Shown here one piece after another: positions 60,401 to 64,000 of a stretch of DNA of 64,000 nucleotides. The translations under genes were made by a program, and so were the position numbers. The first letter of the stretch is position 1. Each line of letters starts with the position of its first letter. The stretch covers positions 50,572-114,571 of the forward strand of contig JAUCBJ010000688.1 of NCBI GenBank assembly GCA_032718475.1. The letters run 5' to 3'. The notes under the pieces were generated by a model. That model was not told where the DNA came from. It was given only the letters and a program-made list of their open reading frames with translations, and made no database searches. Source of the stretch: Nemertoderma westbladi (Eukaryota; Animalia; Xenacoelomorpha).

Positions 60401-62511
60401 ATATAACCAATGAAGTCTGTCAGTTCAGCGTCTTCGTTACCAACAGGGTAGCCATCATACTTAGTCGCACGACGATGGACCAATGGAGACATTGCCCCGG
60501 AACAATTAATCCAGCAGACATCGCGTCCCGAGGAGCGACTCCAAAGGAATTGGTAAATACTCCCGAATGGTTAGGAGGACCCGACTTTCTCTACAGGGAA
60601 GAAGAAGAATGGCCTCCCCATCTCACAACAGCAGAGATCAGACAGGCCAAGGGAGCGGAGAAAGTTAAACCCAAAACTCGAGCGAGTAAATCGAAGTTGT
60701 TTAAACCTGCGGTTGATCTATCTGTATTATTTACTTCCGGAGATGATGCTTTGGATCAGAAACCCACCGCCACGACGAAAGAAGTCTTGGAAATCCGTGA
60801 CAAGGATTGGAAATCTGGAATACCAGATATCTCGCAAGGACTCTCACCTCTCTTGCAGAGAGCGATACGTCACTACAGTTCCTGGAATCGGCTCTGTAAA
60901 GCTGTTACCTATTTGAAACGATGTTTTCATCATCGTTACTCCGGAACGAAGACCAATAGTGATGATGCTCCATCAACATCTGCACGAGTCCATGTTGTTA
61001 AAGATCTTCCTAAATACAAGATATCCGACAGGTTTCTAAAGGAAAAGATCAGTTACCAGGAGCATGATGAAACCAACAAACAGATGCTGAGACTCCTACA
61101 ATGCTATGAGGATTCCGATAAGTATTTCCTGTTGTTAAGAAATCCACAGATGCGCTTAAGGGATCGCTTCTCTAGTACCATGATAGATGGGTTAATACGT
61201 GTTGGAGGTCGGCTTACCAACGCCCCGTTATCCTTTGACACTAAGTTTCCCATACTCATTAGGAATCTTGATATACAAATCAAGATGATTGTAGATGTTC
61301 ATAGCAAACTGTATCATGCTGGTAGAGAACGAGTTCTGAGCGAAATTCGAACTCGCTACTATTTTTATAAACCCCGTAGGGCTCTGAACCAAGTTCTTAG
61401 GAACTGCATACCCTGTAGGAAAGCATTCAGTAGGCCTTTAACACAGCGAGAGGCAGAATTACCTAGGGAAAGAGTAAGCTTCTATGAACCACCCTTTACT
61501 AATACCGGTGTGGATTTATTTGGCCCTATTGAAGTATATCGTGCCCGGACTATAGTCAAGAGATGGTGTGTCATCTTCGTTTGTATGACTTGTAGAGCTA
61601 TCCATCTCGATATGGTAAACGATCTATCCACCAACAGCTTCGTGTTGAGTTTACGACGACAGATCGCTCGCTTCGGAACCAGTAACACGATGAGATCGGA
61701 TAAGGGAACGAACTTCATTGGCGCCAACAACGAAATTCAAGCTTACGTAAAGGACTGGAACAAAAGACAGGTGGACGATCAGCTAAGGATAACAGCGTCT
61801 AGCTGGACCTTCAACGCCGCCGACGCCCCTTGGTGGGGAGGAAGTTGGGAGAGATTGATTAGGAGCGTGAAGACTGCGTTCCACTTTATTGTGCCTTGTC
61901 GCGCTTATCTCACCGACGAACTATTGCGGACGTTAATGGAGGAAATCGCCGCCTATCTCAACGAAAGACCGCTTATGCCAGTCTCTTCAAATCCTGATTC
62001 CCTGGAAGCGCTAACACCCGCGCACTTTCTACTGAAGAAACCCGTAGCCATGCTCCCGCGATCGGAGATCACAGACGGAGACGAGTACTGCCGTCGAACC
62101 TGGCAACTTATGCAGTTGCTATCCCGTCGTTTCGCTGACCATTTCGAGAAACATTACCTGCCCACTCTACAACTTCGAACTAAGTGGTTTGCGCAGCAAG
62201 AAAACGTCAGCGCTGGAGACATGGTGCTTATTGTGGACCCCGATCTCCCACGTAAGCGATGGCAAACAGGACGTATCATCGAGACTTATATCTCGAGCGA
62301 TGGTTTGGTGCGATCAGTAGAGCTCGTCGTCATGCGGCGGAACTTTAAGAAACCAGGGATAGTCTTTGAGACTCAACAGCTCAATCGCCCAGTGGGTCGT
62401 TTATGTTTACTGGAAAGAGACAGAGAGCTCTCCGGAAACTATGGAAGGCAAGAAACTCTTCCCACGACCACTTCCCTAATCCAACCGACATCTAGGGACT
62501 CCCCAACTTAA
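54418..62511 (+). CDS. BEL/Pao gag-pol polyprotein, uninterrupted 2697 aa
   Basis: DUF1759-like gag (KFNGD..KW..F, ~56780), three Cys/His knuckles (CALC..HHL..C, CYNC..GH...C, CAKC..KHH.LLH), protease ALLDSGS (~58141), RT (RVVFDGS, DIEGMFLQV, YMDD ~59626), Pao RNase H (LHVFGDAS, PRAEL, YWTD, NPADIASRG), integrase (GVDLFGP, SDKGTNF, GGSWERLIRSVK). Confidence 0.96.
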   Translation: MSDTKQNLSDSLLDVTICDSDRDVQPSGRKFSSPPTVRKVIPPVVITEPRLVQHRRSIIGTRAQVKRDQEAAEQQQPASQELIPQRPSSSSSEDTVELTPERGAEMTDAVYTDPLLILPAAVLTRLLIAVEEHQIDWARSQRTTRDSYAGYTSEELKSIVESQWNFPGPGLPFDLSEAAWEDIHRMGVAKETIDPAVWKRSAAGYAQGFFSSMERVKEQLFQQPQGPQEQGSLLYQVRERILRIRLILSAFEEASKRRQDTSLQVAVKTWFQRVSRQVQGAAQWKAQLEERSTHGESTDATFSQVESEATAEKPHKKDAIDIYLSDYQRFLGDEELRRRLEGLSPNSEGAKLVLDAIDVDRLAANQAKFDEQLRIAREKEEQVKKKRIEDRKKAAVVAAEAERKTAAAKAKAAAAKAKAAEAAAEAKAAEAEAEAAAEAKVAEAERKAAEETTQLELENIQENQDCINKQLTASNMQMMNRSTPKRQGYTSSEEGDTTDTEGKGNRSRLSRRKRTFHRQKLPDLPPAVRRQLNNTNLGSTEPTDQTIKIERLPTIVDEPEIIRPVLEITPSVIDTPVLPETTSKFPLHSTKLPVPRRTAQGTVQVLDPERNIHNLSPVVPRPPATTLATPASAVEWVDERRRGMDILLGQMQETVQQFKGTVRESRLELQEVQQSIALERDKLVNTQRGIPPPSVTMCQPVRSEVSHAQGVEPTRIYTASEVETPIVNPIKGNYRPVDNDIPYRTDHNPRNLYTDNSILNNTMAQESFTRQMARTEARQAVKVGEIVKFNGDEMKWLPFNEYYKDNIQNSVLSNGEKLRYLIECLEGSPKLMALKFIGHPDGLRQVWDTLNIRYGNRNNIAGYLYAKLVAPRKFISSGIIEFSDEIQEICRQLDWLGKSHEYQNTMVIRAVASTLPKGGVGTRWDNKVLYMMEQQRRDPTMADLMSFLDGEVKLQLLKLSREKTPENKVSEKPVSRRKVTPVCYTDDGESQTSQGEDSGKDTDRSYYVNKMPKDQVSKFKSRTNDRREQVRKTPPTSPKIIQVRKPEEKASVHNVTQNKVSNIKPKCALCDGTHHLNRCDEFLKKSLTERREVMWDKRLCYNCLRQGHQRRTCFSDIRCAKCGAKHHILLHAEFDRNSPNQVSDSELHVQFSDVNDTDQSEMEGFYTDEFSDENESCYMINTAVYRALTYEKDTDNDFTLTTSERQPSWKEPSSNVGIREFPVVQVRVHGPERSYVVNALLDSGSTGTFIDKELAEDIFAGQPKFQTKLNMSGIMQVWKSTITADYYVGALSTPQDKLGEHSIRSVKMVAIKNFATTQADLYNWDEDESIQHLNIPRFQTDYPGVQILIGQNAHEALETLEKRPAQPQPLQTYAVRTRVGWYFTGPSRRTLRERLPPESVCQVSEWEDDTSEGDNSTEGIPYSSDNDDVHQLFDEENTIDLLKENEAWQNQVNLCQLLYPSEREAYNDELNDVIERCNAKTRDEHAVRFFTQEAVEPNSYDKALSVEEERAKQIQETTTRFLKDQGRYEVGLPFRKREPKFINNRPLAEKRIAQLHRRLTANSSAKAMYQTQLEKFINKGYAERVPEETPVTERTYYLTHHYVPKPGKPHEVRVVFDGSALYMGQSLNSELLPGPNLLQSLLGIILRLRQYSIAFASDIEGMFLQVKVLDRDRDSLRFLWWPEGDLNQKPVEYWMTIQAFGIISSPSNACSVVRTTAEDNREAFSKEVIDNIKRDIYMDDNLKSLPSVEEAIEVAKGTVECLKRGGFRLTKFTSNSCEFLESIPVEDRGAKDLDLIKDDLPETKTLGLKWDTERDILFFQLKQRDNPVRTKRICLSILSTYFDPLGFISPVILIARSLVQQMWLENHSWDDPLKGELLKQWMKWEDSLPAIEDFIISRSYFGHVLPTYSYQLHVFGDASDMGIGIVAYLRVETPDGIKVALVTSKALINNKLKVPRAELKAALYATAIGRNVTEQIDYPLEKTVYWTDALLVLEYITNEVCQFSVFVTNRVAIILSRTTMDQWRHCPGTINPADIASRGATPKELVNTPEWLGGPDFLYREEEEWPPHLTTAEIRQAKGAEKVKPKTRASKSKLFKPAVDLSVLFTSGDDALDQKPTATTKEVLEIRDKDWKSGIPDISQGLSPLLQRAIRHYSSWNRLCKAVTYLKRCFHHRYSGTKTNSDDAPSTSARVHVVKDLPKYKISDRFLKEKISYQEHDETNKQMLRLLQCYEDSDKYFLLLRNPQMRLRDRFSSTMIDGLIRVGGRLTNAPLSFDTKFPILIRNLDIQIKMIVDVHSKLYHAGRERVLSEIRTRYYFYKPRRALNQVLRNCIPCRKAFSRPLTQREAELPRERVSFYEPPFTNTGVDLFGPIEVYRARTIVKRWCVIFVCMTCRAIHLDMVNDLSTNSFVLSLRRQIARFGTSNTMRSDKGTNFIGANNEIQAYVKDWNKRQVDDQLRITASSWTFNAADAPWWGGSWERLIRSVKTAFHFIVPCRAYLTDELLRTLMEEIAAYLNERPLMPVSSNPDSLEALTPAHFLLKKPVAMLPRSEITDGDEYCRRTWQLMQLLSRRFADHFEKHYLPTLQLRTKWFAQQENVSAGDMVLIVDPDLPRKRWQTGRIIETYISSDGLVRSVELVVMRRNFKKPGIVFETQQLNRPVGRLCLLERDRELSGNYGRQETLPTTTSLIQPTSRDSPT

Positions 62512-63055
62512 TATCGTTCGGAGTGGGCGTGTGACTCTATTATTTTATATTATTTTATTATTTTTATATGTATGTATGTATTACTATGTAATTTTATTAT
62601 AATCGTTTTATTTAATTTAGTAGAATATTATTTAGCGATTATTTTGTAGAATAGTGCAATATATTCGTGTTTATTACGTACGTAATTACTTATATTATAT
62701 TTAGTGAGACGGCGAAGAAATAATTATTTTTCTCTTTCCTTACTGTCCGTATTATATTATAAATACGTAACTACAGTAAGATGAAATGTCCGTACTTATT
62801 AAAGTACAATAAAGCCACTACTATATTTAAGTATTATTGGTAGGCAGAGTATTAGGAATGCAAAGTTCAGATCCTCGTGTCTCGGCTAAACCAAGCTCTG
62901 GGTAGACCTTGGAAACGACTTGCCTCTTCACACTGACATTGCTTCGTGCGATATTGCTCTCATACCGTATATTAAATAATACATATAGTAGCGTGATGTC
63001 CCTTTAACAGTAGCGTATAACGCAAAATAAATCTGTTAAACCCTTTGACCATCTG

Positions 63056-63333
63056 TAATTCTAGTCGATTAAGATATCGTGGCACCCACCGATATACTTG
63101 AAAGACAAATTATAGAATCAGTGGTTAACGTCCCCAGACAAGTTCTGGAATAAATCGGTGCCCATCTCAAATATTAATTATTTAATATTTGCAAATCTAA
63201 CAAATCAAAATCTGTAAAATTCAGATCCTTCAACAATTCTAGTCAATTAAGATATCGTAGCATTTACCGATATTCTTAAAAAGACAATTTTCATAGAATT
63301 AAGGATCTTGTGTCCCCAGACATGTTCTGGAAT
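63056..63333. repeat. ~95-bp diverged direct repeat downstream of the BEL ORF
   Basis: AATTCTAGTCRATTAAGATATCGT...GTCCCCAGACAWGTTCTGGAAT at ~63056 and ~63235. Confidence 0.85.
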
Positions 63334-64000
63334 CAAAATATGTCAATTTAATTATCAAATAATAAAATTTCAGGGAATAAATTTAAATTCATGCCTTTTT
63401 AATGAATTTAATAAATTGCCATTTTTACGCAATTTATAAAGTTCCCAAAATTCCATTAATTAATAGATCAAGGGAGCGGAGATTTATCTTATCATGCGTA
63501 TGAGAGTGTACGAAAGTCTCCCAAACATAGTTAATAGCCGATAAAATTCGTAAAGTCATGTATAAACAGGACATTGACTATTAAAGAATTCCTATTAAAT
63601 AACATCCCAGATCTGTATGCATTGGAATTACCCTAATTCTACCGCTAGCTTTACATAATGTCACCATAGCAACAACCACGCTAGAATTAGAATTGAGTTA
63701 AAAGAACAATAGAAAGCTTGTCCCATTGAATAGCATAGGGAATAAATAGCGCACTGCTAGTATCCAAGGATACATAATAATACAGTGACATTCTGGAAGG
63801 CATTGACTAACGGACAAATGGCCCGAATGTGCGTAGTTGTGACCAGTTGTGTGGTATTTGTGAGTTTATAGGTGAATGTTACTGCTAAAGTGTGTTTACA
63901 GTAGCTAGTCGCAATCGTAAAAATAACCTAACTCTCCAAGGAATACCTGAAGTACATCTAAGCCTTTGGGACGGACAGTGGAGTGACTTGTGCCGGTTAT

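Larger units (their letters stand above)
50937..64000 (+). mobile_element. BEL/Pao LTR retrotransposon (boundaries uncertain, runs off the window)
   Basis: Single gag-pol ORF in BEL order. Abrupt junction with a MITE arm at 50936/50937 (TGT...). Candidate LTR end ...GACA at 52124 followed by a TGGCG PBS-like start. PPT-like GGAGTGGGCG then TGTGAC at 62530. Confidence 0.7.

Overview
AT-rich, transposon-dense animal genomic DNA, probably an invertebrate. It is not prokaryotic, and I found no CRISPR array, tRNA or rRNA gene. The ORF track misses a spliced minus-strand gene: two terminal exons (41516-41637, 37523-37675) encode PGPGSY (SHIPPO) repeats and an STPG2-like C-terminus. No upstream exon is visible before the window edge. 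The apparent >22 kb intron holds an intronless, highly divergent actin-like gene (49274-50350, minus) with an RFX X-box ~220 bp upstream, and an antisense BEL/Pao retrotransposon with an intact 2697-aa ORF, a long repeat-rich leader and no matching LTR pair in view. Other mobile DNA: a 5'-truncated RTE LINE with TSD and (TAG)n tail, a decayed Mutator transposon, several MITE/foldback elements (9-bp or TTA TSDs), a Helentron-like element carrying a 46-bp array, a 31 x 50-bp satellite and a MetaSINE-like relic. Two window-wide patterns stand out. TA-GGCC-TA and TA-CCGG-TA octamers look like transposon excision scars. An ~18-bp module is shared by MITEs with unrelated ends. All calls were made by eye and from memory of the families; no searches were run.
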